This document shows positions 1 through 13,022 of a DNA stretch of 64,000 nt, piece by piece; positions within the stretch are counted from its first letter, which is position 1; the number at the start of each line of letters is the position of its first letter. Made by a program: the position numbers and the translations under genes. Under the pieces are notes generated by a model. It searched no databases. It was not told the DNA's origin and worked only from the letters and a program-made list of their open reading frames with translations. This DNA comes from Yuukianura sp. NJ FZ-2021. Its lineage: Eukaryota. The stretch is from contig JAJCTO010000011.1 of NCBI GenBank assembly GCA_046563655.1, positions 744,001-808,000 on the forward strand, given 5' to 3'.

Positions 1-84
1 GTTAAACTAGCGGTGACTCAGGAAATGGCAAGTCCCGGACACTCGTCCGGGAACAGAATGGTCAATCCGCCGAACACGTGTTGA

Positions 85-3000
85 AAGCAGTCTCCACAGA
101 AGAAGAACACAAATGATGGTGGTAAAGGTCAATCCAACCGTAAGACCAACAAACAATCAACTGGTAAAGGGAAAAAGTCGAATCAGTCAAATTCGTGTCC
201 CAACTGTGGAAATACTTCACATACAAAAGCCAAAGATTGTCCACATAAAAACGTCAAGTGTCATAACTGTGCAAAATTAGGTCATTTTGCTAAATATTGT
301 CGTTCTGAGTCTTCTAGTGCTAAGCAGAAATCGCAGACGAACGATGTAAGTCAAGTCAATAATGTCCCTGCTGACAACCAGGACATTATTCGGATTCAAG
401 TGACCATCAATCAAGTCCCTCACGTAATGGAATTTGATACCGGATGTCGTCGCAGTATCCTATCAGAAGAATTCTGGAAGTCTTCACTTCGTTCTTCACC
501 TCCACTTCAGAAGTCCAATCAATCATTCCGCACCTACACAAATGAAGTGTTTCACCCCAGTGGCAAGGTTTCAGTAAATCTGGGTTACAAAGGTCAAGTA
601 CACCATGTAAGACTCAATGTCTCCAAAGGTACGTCACTTTTTAAGAGATTGATTAGATTAGTGAAACCGGAATGGAATGACATCGCTGAACAGTGTAACA
701 TTGTCTCTTCTAATAAACTGAGTTTACAGTCCCTCCTTGCCGACTTCTCCGATATTTTCAGTGCTCCTAATGGTTGTATCAAGGACTATAAAGCAAAAAT
801 CGTACTGAAGGAAGATGCAGTTCCAAAATTCCTAAAGGCTCGACCGATCCCTTTTGCTTTACGTCTGAAAGTTGATGCTGAACTTGATTCAATGGAAAAG
901 GCAGGAGTAATTGAAAGAGTTGACACCAGTGAATGGGCATCCCCCATCGTCGTTTATCCTAAAACTAACGGGAAAGTGAGAATCACTGGCGACTTTAAGA
1001 ATACAGTCAATTGTCAACTACATGTTACTCAGTACCCCCTTGCTCGTTCAGAGGACTTGTTCAGTGTTATTGCCGGTGGTGAAAAGTTCACACGACTTGA
1101 CGGTCCCGATGCTTTTCATCAGGTGGAAGTCGATGAACAGTCAAAAAAGTGTTTAGTGATTAACACTCATCGTGGTCTCTACCGCTACCGTGTCCTACCT
1201 CAGGGTATTGCCTCCTCACCCGCAATTTTTCAAGAGTGCATGGACAAATTGCTCAAGGGAATCTCAATGTCCGGTTCGTTTATGGACGATACCCTAGTGA
1301 GTGGCAAAAATGATCAAGATCATCTCTCCTCACTGAAAATGGTTTTTGAGAGGATGAGAGTTTCAAATTACAAGTTGTCAAAATCAAAGTGTCAGTTTAT
1401 GCAAAAGTCCCTTGAATTCATTGGTCATGTGATCACTTCGGAAGGCATACACGTCTCCCCCGAAAAATTCAAGCACTGTTAAGTATACAGCAACCACAAA
1501 GTGTCACTGAAGTGAAATCGTTTCTTGGCCTGGTTAACTTTTATTGTCGTTTTGTTCCCTCACTTTCAGACATTTGCACCCCACTTTACGAACTAACCCG
1601 TAAAGATGTCAAGTTCAAATGGTCTAACCAGTGTCAGTCAGCGTTTGACAGAGTGAAACGTGAACTCTCAAACACTCCAGTACTCGCACACCATGATCAG
1701 TCCAAGCCGATCGGGATCAGCTGTGATGCCTCCAAGTTCGGAATTGGTGTTGTTCTTTTTCACAAGGAAAATGGATTGGAACGACCCATCGCTTTCGCTT
1801 CAAAAACTCTTACTGCTGCCGAGTCTCGTTATTCACAAATCGAGAAGGAAGCACTGTCAATTGTTTTTGGAGTGAAAAAGTTTTTTCAGTATTTGTGCGG
1901 TCGTCCATTCTCTATTGTCACTGATCATAAACCACTTTTGTCCATTTTTGGTTCTAGTGCAGTTCCCTCGTTTGTGGCTACTCGACTTAACAAGTGGTCA
2001 CTTTATCTGAGCCAATTTAACTTTGATATTTCTTACAGAAATACCAAGGACCACGGTAATGCAGACGCACTCTCAAGGTTACCAGTCAAGTCTAATTGTT
2101 CCTGTGACGTTCTTGACTGCAGTGATGTTCACTTCCTCGCTGTAGAAAATCCAAACACCCTCCCAGTCACCTCTAAGAAAATTCGTAACTTCATGAAGCG
2201 AGACAGTGCACTCTCAATTGTTACACGTTATGTGCAGGACGGATGGCCCAGTCATCTTCCAGATTCAGAAAAATACCTACAACCATTTTTCATCCGTCGT
2301 CATGAGCTCACCATTGTCCAAGGAATTTTGATGTGGGGAATTCGTGTCGTCATCCCATCAAAATTGAGACAACAGTTACTGGACGATCTTCATTCTACAC
2401 ACTCTGGCATTGTTCGAATGAAGAGCCTCGCCCGTCAGTTTGTTTGGTGGCCCGAGATCGACAAGGAAATTGAAAACATTGGCAAGTCATGTCAATCGTG
2501 TGGTTCTCAGCGATCAAACCCTCCAAGTGCTCCACTTCATCCGTGGGAATTTCCTGAGAGACCGTGGCAACGTCTACATGTCGACCTCGCAGGTCCATTT
2601 CTTAATCGAATGTGGTTAGTGGTCATAGACGCACATTCGAAATGGCCTGAAGTTTTTAGTCTGGCCAACAATGCATCAAGCAAATCCGTTATTACCAAAG
2701 TTCGTGAGTGTCTCACTCGTTTTGGAATTCCAGACCAGATTGTAAGCGACAACGGAAGTCAATTTACGTCTGGCGAATTCAAAACCTTCTGTTCTTCGAA
2801 TGGAATACGTCATTCCACAAGCTACGCCTACCACCCCCGGTCCAATGGCGAAGCGGAACGCTTCGTTCGTACCTTCAAGGAAAGTCTGAAGAAATCCACA
2901 GGAGATGCAGAACTCTTTCTTCAACGTTTTCTTTTCAACTACCGTATCACCCCTCATTCAACTACTGGAGCAGCGCCATGCGAACTCCTGCAGGGAAGGA

Positions 3001-3542
3001 AGTTGAAATGTTTGTTGGATTTTGTACGTCCTGACGTCCAACCCTCAGTCTCCAACTCCCAACTTAAACAAAAGGAAAAGTTTGACCAAAAGTCAAAACA
3101 GCGTCAGTTCACCATTGGTCAACGCGTTTGGGTCCAAACATTTTTGAAAGGAGAAGAAAAATGGAGTCTGGGCACAATCAAATCTGCAGTCGGTCCGGTC
3201 ACGTACACAGTTTCAACAAATGACAAGGACTACAAACGTCACGTCGATCACATCTTGGATGCACCTCCACTCAAGACGGCTGACGCAGTTGCTGAACAGT
3301 ACGAGTCTCCCGCAGCAGAAGATCCACCTTTGACCTTCTCTCCGCTTAAGGCTCAACCAGCGATCACACTCAACCCCAGTCCGGAAGTTCCAGTTCCACG
3401 TCCAGTTCCAACACAACCGACAGTCTCAGTCCCAGTTCCGCTACAACAGGCACCGACGCCCGTCACTACCCGTCCTGTACTCCGACGCTCACAACGCCTC
3501 CTGGACAAGACACTCAACAACAGTCTCACCCAAAACAAGTGA
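85..3542 (+). mobile_element. Ty3/gypsy LTR retrotransposon gag-pol (zinc knuckles, protease, RT, RNase H, integrase), frameshifted; 5' part outside window
   Basis: Zinc knuckles CPNCGNTSH..C and CHNCAKLGHFAKYC (~196-300) in frame with the 400..1482 ORF; protease MEFDTG; RT WASPIV, LPQGIASSP, FMDD; RNase H CDASKFGIG, TDHKPL; integrase HHCC, SDNGSQF, SNGEAERFV. One base is missing in the A-run near 1462-1466. Confidence 0.95.
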
Positions 3543-3675
3543 AGGAAGGGATGGTGTAGTGTATTCACACTTATCTTAGTTTTAGTCTCCCTAGTTTTAG
3601 TCAAAACTATGTCCCAGTATTAGGGTGTCCCCTCCCGGTTCCTGCTCTGCGCCCTCATCGCCTAGAGTAGGTACT
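3541..3675 (+). repeat. Polypurine tract and truncated 3' LTR start of the gypsy element
   Basis: GAAGGAAGGGATGG directly after the pol stop, then TGTAGTG; sequence switches to BEL integrase near 3680. Confidence 0.6.
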
Positions 3676-3679
3676 AACA

Positions 3680-4872
3680 AAATGTGTGAATTTGTCCTTT
3701 GCTCACTGAGAGAACGATTTTGGATTCTGAAGGGGAGACTGGTTGTGAAGAAACAGCTCAAGAAGTGTGTTACGTGCCAGAGATTTACTGCTAAAAGTTC
3801 ATCAGTTCCCTGTGCACCACTGCCAGAAGACCGTGTCAAAGATGTGGGGGCCTTTGAGGTCACAGGGGTAGATTTGGCCGGCCCTTTAGTGCTCCAGTGC
3901 AAGAAGAAAGTGTGGATAGTGATCTACACTTGTGCCGTATTCCGAGCGGTTCATTTGGAATTAGTAGAATCGCTTTCAACTGATGATTTTCTTTTGTCAT
4001 TCATCAGGTTTTCAAAACGGAAGAGGAGGCCAGCCACTGTCTACAGTGACAATGGAACCAATTTTCACGGAGCCGACAACCTCTTCAAAACGATCAACTG
4101 GAAAGAAGTCGAGAAAAGAACGAAGCACATGAGAATCCTTTGGAAGTTCAACCCTCCTGCTGCACCGTGGTGGGGAGGTTGGTGGGAGCGGCTGATTCGC
4201 ACGCTCAAGGATCTTTTGAAAAGGATGCTGGGATTTGGGAAATTGTCGTACGTTCAACTAGAAACTTGTCTTTGTGAAGTCGAAGCGACAATGAACAACC
4301 GACCCTTGACCTACGTTACAGAAGATCCCGAAGATCTCGTTCCACTGACACCAGCGATGTTTTTGCACAATTTACCATACAGTGATGTGCCAGAATCAAA
4401 GTTCGTGAAAGTGGACACTTTGGGAAACAGAAAGAAACGACTCGACGTTATGCTGCAGGAGCTGAGGGAACGATTTCGGAAGGAATACCTCAGTTTACTA
4501 ATCCAGAAGAAGGCAAAAGGAACAGTTCGTGAGTTTCGAGTCGGCGATTGTGTTCTGATCGGACACGAAAACCAGAAGAAGATCCTTTGGCCCATGGGTC
4601 GTATCCTGGAATTGATGCCTGGACATGATGGGGTACATCGAGTCGCTAAACTTAAGTGCGAGAACGGATTCCTGGTGAGGCCGCTGAAGCGTCTATATCC
4701 ACTGGAGTTTCCACAAGAAGATCCTGGAGTTGATGCATTCGAGAAAAAAGTCAAGATGAAGCCTACAGTGAAGACATCTACACCGATTTTGGAAGCAGAA
4801 ACTGACGGTGTGGTGAAGGAGACACGATGTGGTCGACAGGTTCGAAAGCCAGTACGTTTTGGTGAAGTTTAG
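3680..4872 (+). mobile_element. BEL/Pao LTR retrotransposon integrase and C-terminal region (5'-truncated)
   Basis: LRERFWI..GR..VK..CVTC, GVDLAGP, FRAVHLELV, YSDNGTNF, PPAAPWWGGWWERLIR, NNRPLT, WPMGRI, RPLKRLYPLE are BEL/Pao hallmarks. Confidence 0.93.
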
Positions 4873-4971
4873 GCATGATTTGATTTTAAATTTTGATTGT
4901 TAATACTAGAGTTAATGTGTTTGGCTATGTTTGGTTTCTTTTGTTAAGGTCTCACAAAAGAAAGGTGGGAG

Positions 4972-5348
4972 TTGTGTTAAAATACGTTAAAATTATTTAA
5001 GTTATGTTATCAATTTTTGACTAGTTTTAAGAACATTTTTGAAACTTCAATAGTTTTTCGTTTGATTTGAGAAATTGGCGGTTCATTCAAAGTTGGCATT
5101 TTTAACCGTTACTTTTTTGTGTATTTTATGAGTTGACAAGAAGGGAGAGAAGAGAGAAGTTGGTTTTTTCCTGATAATTATTACTTGTTTTAATTGAATA
5201 AATAAATTGGTTAAATTTGAACATATTCAATACCACTGACTTGATTAGGGCCATTCTGATAGCTTTTTCAAGTTAGTGAAAGTCAAACGTTAGGTTCCGA
5301 TATAAACGAAAAGTGACCTTTGACCGAGGAGGACCTAGGCATTTTACA
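4972..5348 (+). repeat. 3' LTR of the BEL/Pao element
   Basis: Follows PPT AAAAGAAAGGTGGGAG; starts TG, contains AATAAA (~5198), ends ...TTTTACA where the tandem array begins. Confidence 0.65.
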
Positions 5349-7121
5349 GGAGCGCCGGGACTTCACTTTCTTGAAAAGCCACTTTCAGTCTTCTCCAGAC
5401 GGATCTCTACGACATACTGAAAAAGACTTGATACAAATTTTTCCGTTTGTCGTGTTTTGAGGAGCCTTTGCACTGGAGTGCTTAAGGCGGAACAGTCGTA
5501 TGTATTTCGCATAGAGCAAGGTTCTAGAGCGGTCTCCGTCTTGCTAATCTAACATAAGTTTCAGTGTAAATAGTTTAAGGCAATGATTTTGACAACTTAG
5601 TGTGGCTTAGTATATAAAGTTACAACGTATAAGAGCAGCCAGCTCTAACATGTCTCGTGGTATCAAATTTAAGTCGAAGGTGTTCCGGATATTGTACAAA
5701 TTCATTGCCAAACGCTTTAGGGGGCGTCATAATACAGTTTGTGTATTAATGGAGCGCCGGGAATTCACTTTCTTGAAAAGCCACTTTCAGTCTTCTCCAG
5801 ACGGATCTCTACGACATACTGAAAAAGACTTGATACAAATTTTTCCGTTTGTCGTGTTTTGAGGAGCCTTTGCACTGGAGTGCTTAAGGCGGAACAGTCG
5901 AATGTATTTCGCATAGAGCAAGCTTCTAGCGCGGTTTCTGTCCTGTTATTCTGACGTACGTTTCAGTGTAAATAGTTTAAGTCACTGATTTTGAAAACTT
6001 AGTGCGGCTTAGTATATAAAGTAAAGTTACAACTTATAAAAGTAGCCAGCTCTAAAGGGTCTTGCGGTAACAGATTTAAGTCGAAGGTGTCCCGGGTATT
6101 GTACAAATTCATTGCCAAACGCTTTTAGGGGCGTCATATTACAGTTTGTATATTAATCGAGCGCCGGGACTTCACTTTCTTGAAAAGCCTCTTTTAGTCT
6201 TCTCCAGACGGATCTCTACGACATACTGAAAAAGACTTGATACAAATTTTTCCGTTTGTCGTGTTTTGAGGAGCCTTTGCGCTGAGTTGCTTAAGGCGGA
6301 ACAGTAGTCGAATGTATTTCGCATAGAGCAAGCTTCTAGCGCGGTTTCTGTCCTGTTATTCTAACATAAGGTTCAGTGTAAATAGTTTAAGGCATTGATT
6401 TTGAAAATTTAGTGCGGCTTAGTATATAAAGTTACAACGTATAAGAGCAGCCAGCTCCAAAGGGTCTTGCGGTATCAGATTTAAGTCGAAGGTGTTCCGG
6501 ATATTGTACAAATTCATTGCCAAACGCTTTTAGGGGCGTCATATTACAGTTTGTATATTAATCGAGCGCCGGGACTTCACTTTCTTGAAAAGCCTCTTTT
6601 AGTCTTCTCCAGACGGATCTCTACGACATACTGAAAAAGACTTGATACAAATTTTTCCGTTTGTCGTGTTTTGAGGAGCCTTTGCGCTGAGTTGCTTAAG
6701 GCGGAACAGTAGTCGAATGTATTTCGCATAGAGCAAGCTTCTAGCGCGGTTTCTGTCCTGTTATTCTAACATAAGGTTCAGTGTAAATAGTTTAAGGCAT
6801 TGATTTTGAAAATTTAGTGCGGCTTAGTATATAAAGTTACAACGTATAAGAGCAGCCAGCTCTAACATGTCTCGTGGTATCAAATTTAAGTCGAAGGTGT
6901 TCCGGATATTGTACAAATTCATTGCCAAACGCTTTAGGGGGCGTCATCATACAGTTTGTGAATTAATGGAGCGCCGGGAATTCACTTTCTTGAAAAGCCA
7001 CTTTCAGTCTTCTCCAGACGGATCTCTACGACATACTGAAAAAGACTTGATACAAATTTTTCCGTTTGTCGTGTTTTGAGGAGCCTTTGCACTGGAGTGC
7101 TTAAGGCGGAACAGTCGAATG
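5349..7121. repeat. Tandem array, ~405-bp unit, ~4.4 copies
   Basis: GAGCGCCGGGA(C/A)TTCACTTTCTTGAAAAGCC recurs at ~5350, 5752, 6159, 6564, 6969; near-identical ORFs at 5650 and 6867. Confidence 0.95.
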
Positions 7122-7122
7122 C

Positions 7123-7716
7123 ACAGGGTGTACCACCAGAAAGGAAACGCCAAGAATTCGTTGCTATGAGCAACTTAACAAAAACTTGTAAATATGGAGG
7201 GGAAAATGTACTCAATAATAACAAGCTTTAAAAAATTTTTTTCTTAATTTCTGGATATTCCATTTAAAGAATATTGACCTGAGTTGTAACTGCTTCTTCA
7301 AAATGCCTCAGTTTACGGTGACAGAGAGAGCTGAACTAGCGAAAATTTACTACCAACAAGGAAGTTACCGAAAGGCACAAGATTTTTACGCAGGGATCTA
7401 TCCGAACAAAAGCATACCGTCAATTAAAGCGATCTATGGAGCGGTGAAGAAGTTGGAACAAAATGGTAACCTGACAAATCGAAAACAAAGGAAACTCAAG
7501 TCTGCCACAAATGACGCCATGTCGACTAGTGTTTTAGCATTTGTGACTTCCAATCCGCATTCGACATTGAGGGAGATCAGTGCAAATTCAGGAATATCCG
7601 TAAGCTCAATTCGTAGAATCTTGAAGAAAGAAAAGTTCCATCCCTACAAAATGAAATTCCTGCACACTTTGAATGATGATGATGCAAAGAAGAGAATTGA
7701 GTTTTGTGTAATGTAG
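7123..7716 (+). mobile_element. Tc1/mariner transposon 5' fragment: TIR-like start and HTH N-terminus of transposase
   Basis: Starts CAGGGTG; ORF 7303..7716 has paired HTH-like segments and SIRRILKKEKFHPYKM..HTL..DD...RIEFC; no catalytic domain, cut by a HINE fragment. Confidence 0.8.
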
Positions 7717-7729
7717 TTTCGATGTTGTC

Positions 7730-8270
7730 ATCACAATGGTCAAGGTAGTTCTCAAACCTGCACAAACTTTCAATTGTGTGCATCATGCACAAAATTGTAC
7801 GTTGTGGGGTAGGGGTCGAATATCGTTTCTTTAAAATCAAAATCATAAAAATTTCTTGTGAATGCAAACTTGATCCCTTTCACTCACTATTCACATATTA
7901 AACATTTAAGCCGGATTTTCTACCCTCTAACTAGGCTTAAATTAGCAATGTGAATAAACATACTGTCAGCAAACGACAGGGTCAAAACTTCGTTGTTTAA
8001 ATAAATTTTAAGTAAAATCGAAACCGAAAAATGTCGGGAAACGACAACACTGCGTGTGCGTAAAGTGGCCGCCCACTTCTACGTTGTTAATCTAACATTT
8101 TGAGTGCAATGTAGAGATATTGAAAACAATTGAGCCGTACGTCACCCCCCGACTGCCATGGGGCTTATGTTTCAGAGCAAAAAATCCTTAAAAATGTGAC
8201 AGACGGACAGACAAAGTCGTATCAATAGTCTTCTTCAGCATGTCGTAGACATGCGTCTCCAAAAGACTAA
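7730..8270 (-). mobile_element. Helentron-associated (HINE/DINE-1-like) element, partial
   Basis: Reverse complement of the 14536-15080 part of the full copy, including the GACAGACGGACAGAC microsatellite. Confidence 0.85.
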
Positions 8271-9876
8271 AATTAGATTGGACAGAGAGGCGACTAGAAG
8301 TAGGCTCAACAGACCTACTAGCGCTACACTTGAAAAATTTCAACCAAAATACTACCAGGAGTTGCAGCATCAAGCTACATTCTGCACTTGTAATTAGTTC
8401 GATATCAATTGGAATAATCAAGACCATTTCTTCACTGCTTGGCAAAATTTTAAGTGTGCGTGTGATAAAATTCACAAATTCAAAAATACTTCTTGGTGGC
8501 ACTCAAACTACAACGGACTTTTCTGGCGCGAACTACGTGAACGAAACAAGGTAAGTTAAGCCAGCATCACCTATCTACTTTTAATTTTTTAGAAACATCG
8601 CGCTGTCAACTTTCAGGGTAAAAGTTTCTTGATATGGTTTACGAAAGATAATAGCCCGTGGTCGCCTTATTTATTCTACAGTGTAAAATATTGTCCAACA
8701 AATTTGCGCTTCCTCTGCGACACACTTTGCTTCCCTTGGTAGTTCGTATGACTATAAAATTAGAGTGGACAGAGAGGCAACTAGAAGTAGGCGCAACAGA
8801 CCTACAAGCGCTACACTTGAAAAATTTCAACCAAAATACTACCAGGAGTTGCAGTATCAAGCTGCATTCTGCACTTATAATTAGTTCGATACCAATTGGA
8901 ATAACCAAGACCATTTCTTCACTGCTTGGCAAAATTTTAAGGGTGCGTGAGATAAAATTCACAAATTCAAAAATGCTTCTTGGCGGCACTCAAACTACAA
9001 CGGACTTTTCTGGCGCGAACTATGTGATGGAAACAAGGTAAGTTAAGCCAGCATCACCTATCTAATTTTAATATTTTAGAAACATCGCGCTGTCAACTTT
9101 CAGGGTAAAAGTTTCTTGATATGGTTTACGAAAGGTAATGGTCGTGGTCGCCTTATTTATTCTACAGTGTAAAATATTGTCCAACAAATTTGCGCTTCCT
9201 CTGCCACACACTTTGCTTCCCTTGGTAGTTCGTATGACTATAAAATTAGAGTGGACAGAGAGGGGACTAGAAGTAGCCTCAAAATACCTACTAGTGCTAC
9301 ACTTGAAAATTTCAACCAAAATACTACCAGGAATTGCACTAGCAAGCTGCATTCTGCACTTATAATTAGTTCGATACCAATTGAAATAGCCAAGACCTTT
9401 TCTTCACTGCTTGGCAAAATTTTAAGTGTGCGTGTAATAAAATTTACAAATTCAAAAATACTTCTTGGTGGCACTCAAACTACAACGGGACTTTCCTGGC
9501 GCGAATTACGTAATCAAAACAAGTTAAGTTAAGCCAGCATTACATATCTGCCTTTAATTTTTTAGAAACATCGCGCTGTCAACTTTCAGGGTAAAAGTTT
9601 CTTGATATGGTTTACGAAAGATAATAGCCCGTGGTCGCCTTATTTATTCTACAGTGTAAAATATTGTCCAACAAATTTGCGCTTCCTCTGCGACACACTT
9701 TGCTTCCCTTGGTAGTTCGTATGACTATAAAATTAGAGTGGACAGAGAGGCAACTAGAAGTAGGCGCAACAGACCTACAAGCGCTACACTTGAAAAATTT
9801 CAACCAAAATACTAGTACCAGGAGTTGCAGTATCAAGCTACATTCTGCACTTGTAATTAGTTCGATACCAATTCTG
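8270..9876. repeat. Tandem array, ~487-bp unit, ~3.3 copies
   Basis: TAGA(G/T)TGGACAGAGAGG recurs at ~8274, 8761, 9247, 9734; repeated ORF translations. Confidence 0.95.
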
Positions 9877-9892
9877 ATTTGATTTTTTTTAG

Positions 9893-10172
9893 GTTTGTGC
9901 TCTTCATGAAGATTTTCATTGTAATGGGCGTATTATGTATTTTTGAGATCATCAGCTGGATTGTGGAAGTTTACTTCACCTTCATTCCGTTTGACATCAT
10001 AAATGCGTTGCAAGGTCTCTGGATCTTCATCATTTTCACTTGCAAGCCAAACACATGCAGGCAGCTAGAAGGGAAATTCAAAAAGCTATCGTTGCTCCTA
10101 GAGCGCCAGCGCGGTAAATCCATCTCATTTTATCAAACTAGGCAATCCGTGGCGCTCGAACTAATAGGATAG
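9893..10172 (+). CDS. Terminal exon (TM6-TM7) of a methuselah-like family-B GPCR
   Basis: After acceptor TTTTTTTAG: FVLFMKIFIVMGV.CIFEIISW...DIINALQGLWIFIIFTCK. Upstream exons not found in window. Confidence 0.8.
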
Positions 10173-10832
10173 AAATAGCAACTCAGTCTCAGTCTGCGTG
10201 CACCCACTCAAAGAAATCAGAGGAGTCAGACAAATCCGACCTTTAGCCAGCCCCGGACAAACATCTCTCCTTATGTAGATGATAGTAAATTTTTATTTAA
10301 AAAATCATTATTAGCATTTTCACCTGTTTCAGAACAAGATGCGCTGGAGATAGGAAGTCAGAGAAGCAAGTTTTGTCCGTCGTTTGGAAACCGGTTGACG
10401 CTTTGCGCATGTGCTCTTCTGCTTCCAATTGTGAATGCTCTTCCACATTTGTGGTCATAGAAAGAAATCTTCGATGGACAATAGGAGAGTTCGCTCCAGC
10501 ACAATCACAGTCACCTCTGGAACATTCGACAAAAGTCGGAAGTTTAGCGACTGTTCCACAGCCTCAACATATACCACAACAGATCCCAGCTCCACTTACA
10601 AAATGGAGTCAAAGTACAATCGAATCGAATCCACTCGATTAGCAGTACTACTTAGAAAATCTCCAGAAATTAATTTTTGTTTTATTAATATTCACTTTCC
10701 AACTTCAGATCGCCGATTTGTTCAAACCTGAACATAGCTCGACTCGTAGAACTTTTTCTATTGTTAAAACGTAGCATTTACCTTAAGATGTTCAAAAGCA
10801 CAAAATAAAGCGTAGCAAGTAGCAACAGCAAC

Positions 10833-11622
10833 CCATCAGCGCCTAACCAAAGTGCGCCTCTCCAATATGCGCCTCCATCCAAAGTGCGGCTCCAGCCAAA
10901 ATGCGCCTCCATCAATATGCGCTTTAACAATATGCTCCTCCATCCAAGATGCGCCCCAAACCAAAATGCGCCTCCAGCTCCAATTAAATACCAGGTATCG
11001 CTGAATCTATACTTTTCCGTTCCCGTTCCATTCCATGCAAAAGCTTTGTCGTAGGCCTTCCTGTTCTATTTTTTATTTAGCGTTTTCGCTAATTCACGAC
11101 GTTGCTATGGTGGCCTACCACAAAGTTTTTGCGTGGAATGGCACGGGAACGGAAAAGTATAGATTCAGCGTATATTTGGTTTAATTCAATTACAAGTTGG
11201 AGTTCTCCAACAAGGGTAGTTATCCACAACCCAGGAGTTTCCGCGCCGAAGGCGCGGTGTTAGGTTTTTAAATTCGCAATACTGATTACGTCTCCAGGGT
11301 TTAGATTGGGTAAGTTACGTTTGTTTAAAGTTCGAAATACTCATTACTTCTGGAGGGTTTCTGCTGAGGTTTGGTTAGTGTTATTATTGGTTTTTAATTG
11401 GATCTGAAGGCACTGTTTGATTGGAGGCGCATTTTCGCTGAAGGCGCACTTTGGATGGAGGCGCACATTTTTAGAGCGCATATTGATGGAGGCGCATTTT
11501 GGCTGGAGGGGCACTTTGGATGGAGGCGCACATTTTTTAGGCGCACATTGAGAGGCGCATATTGGAGAGGCGCACATTGAGAGGCGCATATTGGAGAGGC
11601 GCACTTTGGTTAGGCGCAGATG
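10833..11622. mobile_element. Foldback/MITE-like element with inverted arms built from short GCGCCTC-core repeats
   Basis: Left CATCAGCGCCTAACCAAAGTGCGCCTCTCCAATATGCGCCTC pairs with right GAGGCGCATATTGGAGAGGCGCACTTTGGTTAGGCGCAGATG. Confidence 0.8.
10998..11170. mobile_element. ~170-bp hairpin MITE nested in the foldback element
   Basis: CGCTGAATCTATACTTTTCCGTTCCCGT ... ACGGGAACGGAAAAGTATAGATTCAGCG; arms ~60 bp. Confidence 0.85.
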
Positions 11623-11737
11623 ACAACCAAATAAAGTTAGCATTTTTTAAAAACAAAATACCTGAACAAAATACCGCTACTAGCATTTTTTTTCAAAAAT
11701 CGAAGAAACTTTGAAATTGAATTGGTTGAAGTAAGGG

Positions 11738-12713
11738 ATAAACAAGGTAGGGCAATGCTCAAGGGTTGAGCATAGGTCTTCTGGAGGAAGTTGACAATTG
11801 ATGCGACTTAAACCGGCCTGCCTCAAAACTGTAGAAGAACTGAGAAACCGTTTTCATGTTGGGGATGTACCAAAACGTCGCTTAAAATTTTCAGCGCGGA
11901 TTTGAGGTCCTCTTTTGTGCATGCGTTGCACCAAAACTGGATCGCCAACGGCATTTAAATGCACTAAAATCATGTTCCGGTTTTGCGCCCCAAAATATTT
12001 GCACTAAATTGATGTTGTTAATTTGTTGAGCAGGATGCACATAATGTATTATCGGTGTTGCCGTGGCAATGTACTTATTAGCGAAAAGAGCGTGAACCAA
12101 ACGGCGTCAAAATAATGATATCGAAATTTAGCTTTGTGCATCATGCACAAAATTGAACGCTGAGGAGGATGGGTCGAATACCCCTTCTTTCAAATCCAAA
12201 TCGGTTCATGAAAATGCACAGTGTGTTAAATTAAGTGCATAACTTATTGAGTCGAAAATCGCTTGTTTATAATCAAAATTATAAAAATTTCTTGCAAAGT
12301 CAAATTTTACCCTGCCAAGCACTGTTTCCATATTATGAGTTTAAGCCAGATTTTCTATCCTCTAATCAGTCTTAATTTAACAACGTAACTAAACATACTG
12401 CCAGAAAATGACCAGATCAAAACTCCGTTGTTTATAAATACTTTGAGTGCAATCGAAACCAAAACTGTTTTGCGGAGCCACGATACTGCGGGTACGTAAA
12501 GTAGCCGCCCAATTCTACGTTGTTAATGTACGACTTTAAGTGCAATGTAGACCTAATGAAAACACTTAAGCGATACAAGACACCCCGTCAATAATGGAGG
12601 TAATGTTTGAGCGCAAATTGTCCTAAAAAACGTTACGGACAGACAGACAGACAGACAAAGTCGTATCAATAGTCTTCTTCAGCACGTCGTAGACGTGCGT
12701 CTCCAGAAGACTA
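11738..12713 (-). mobile_element. HINE/DINE-1-like non-autonomous Helentron, full length
   Basis: Both ends present: subTIR TAGTCTTCTGGAG, internal IR, GTCY microsatellite, 3' subTIR plus stem-loop ATGCTCAACCCTTGAGCAT. Confidence 0.88.
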
Positions 12714-13022
12714 AAAGTGGAGGAGGAAAGCGGTGTTACGGAGTTACATAAAGTTTTCTAATCACCCGAAATTTCGACTTAAGGACGTGTGTTATGCGTC
12801 TAATAAACAATTGTCGTTAAATTTAGTAACCACGATAACCGAACTTGTGCAGTTAGTAAAAGTTGCAGACATCGACAAAAATAAACACCCTCGAAAGTGG
12901 CGAAAAACGTTCAGTGCAAAGTGGATCAAAAAAGTGGGCACTTTCAAACAAACAAAATACTGACTCAAGTTCGGTTGCCGTCGTTTGGGTATTGTAAACA
13001 ACTTTTGTGAGACTGTGACATT

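Noticed and set aside
5349..9876. Repeated ORFs as a gene family, or arrays as CRISPR
   Set aside because: Whole units repeat with no unique spacers, frames break between copies, and the context is eukaryotic.
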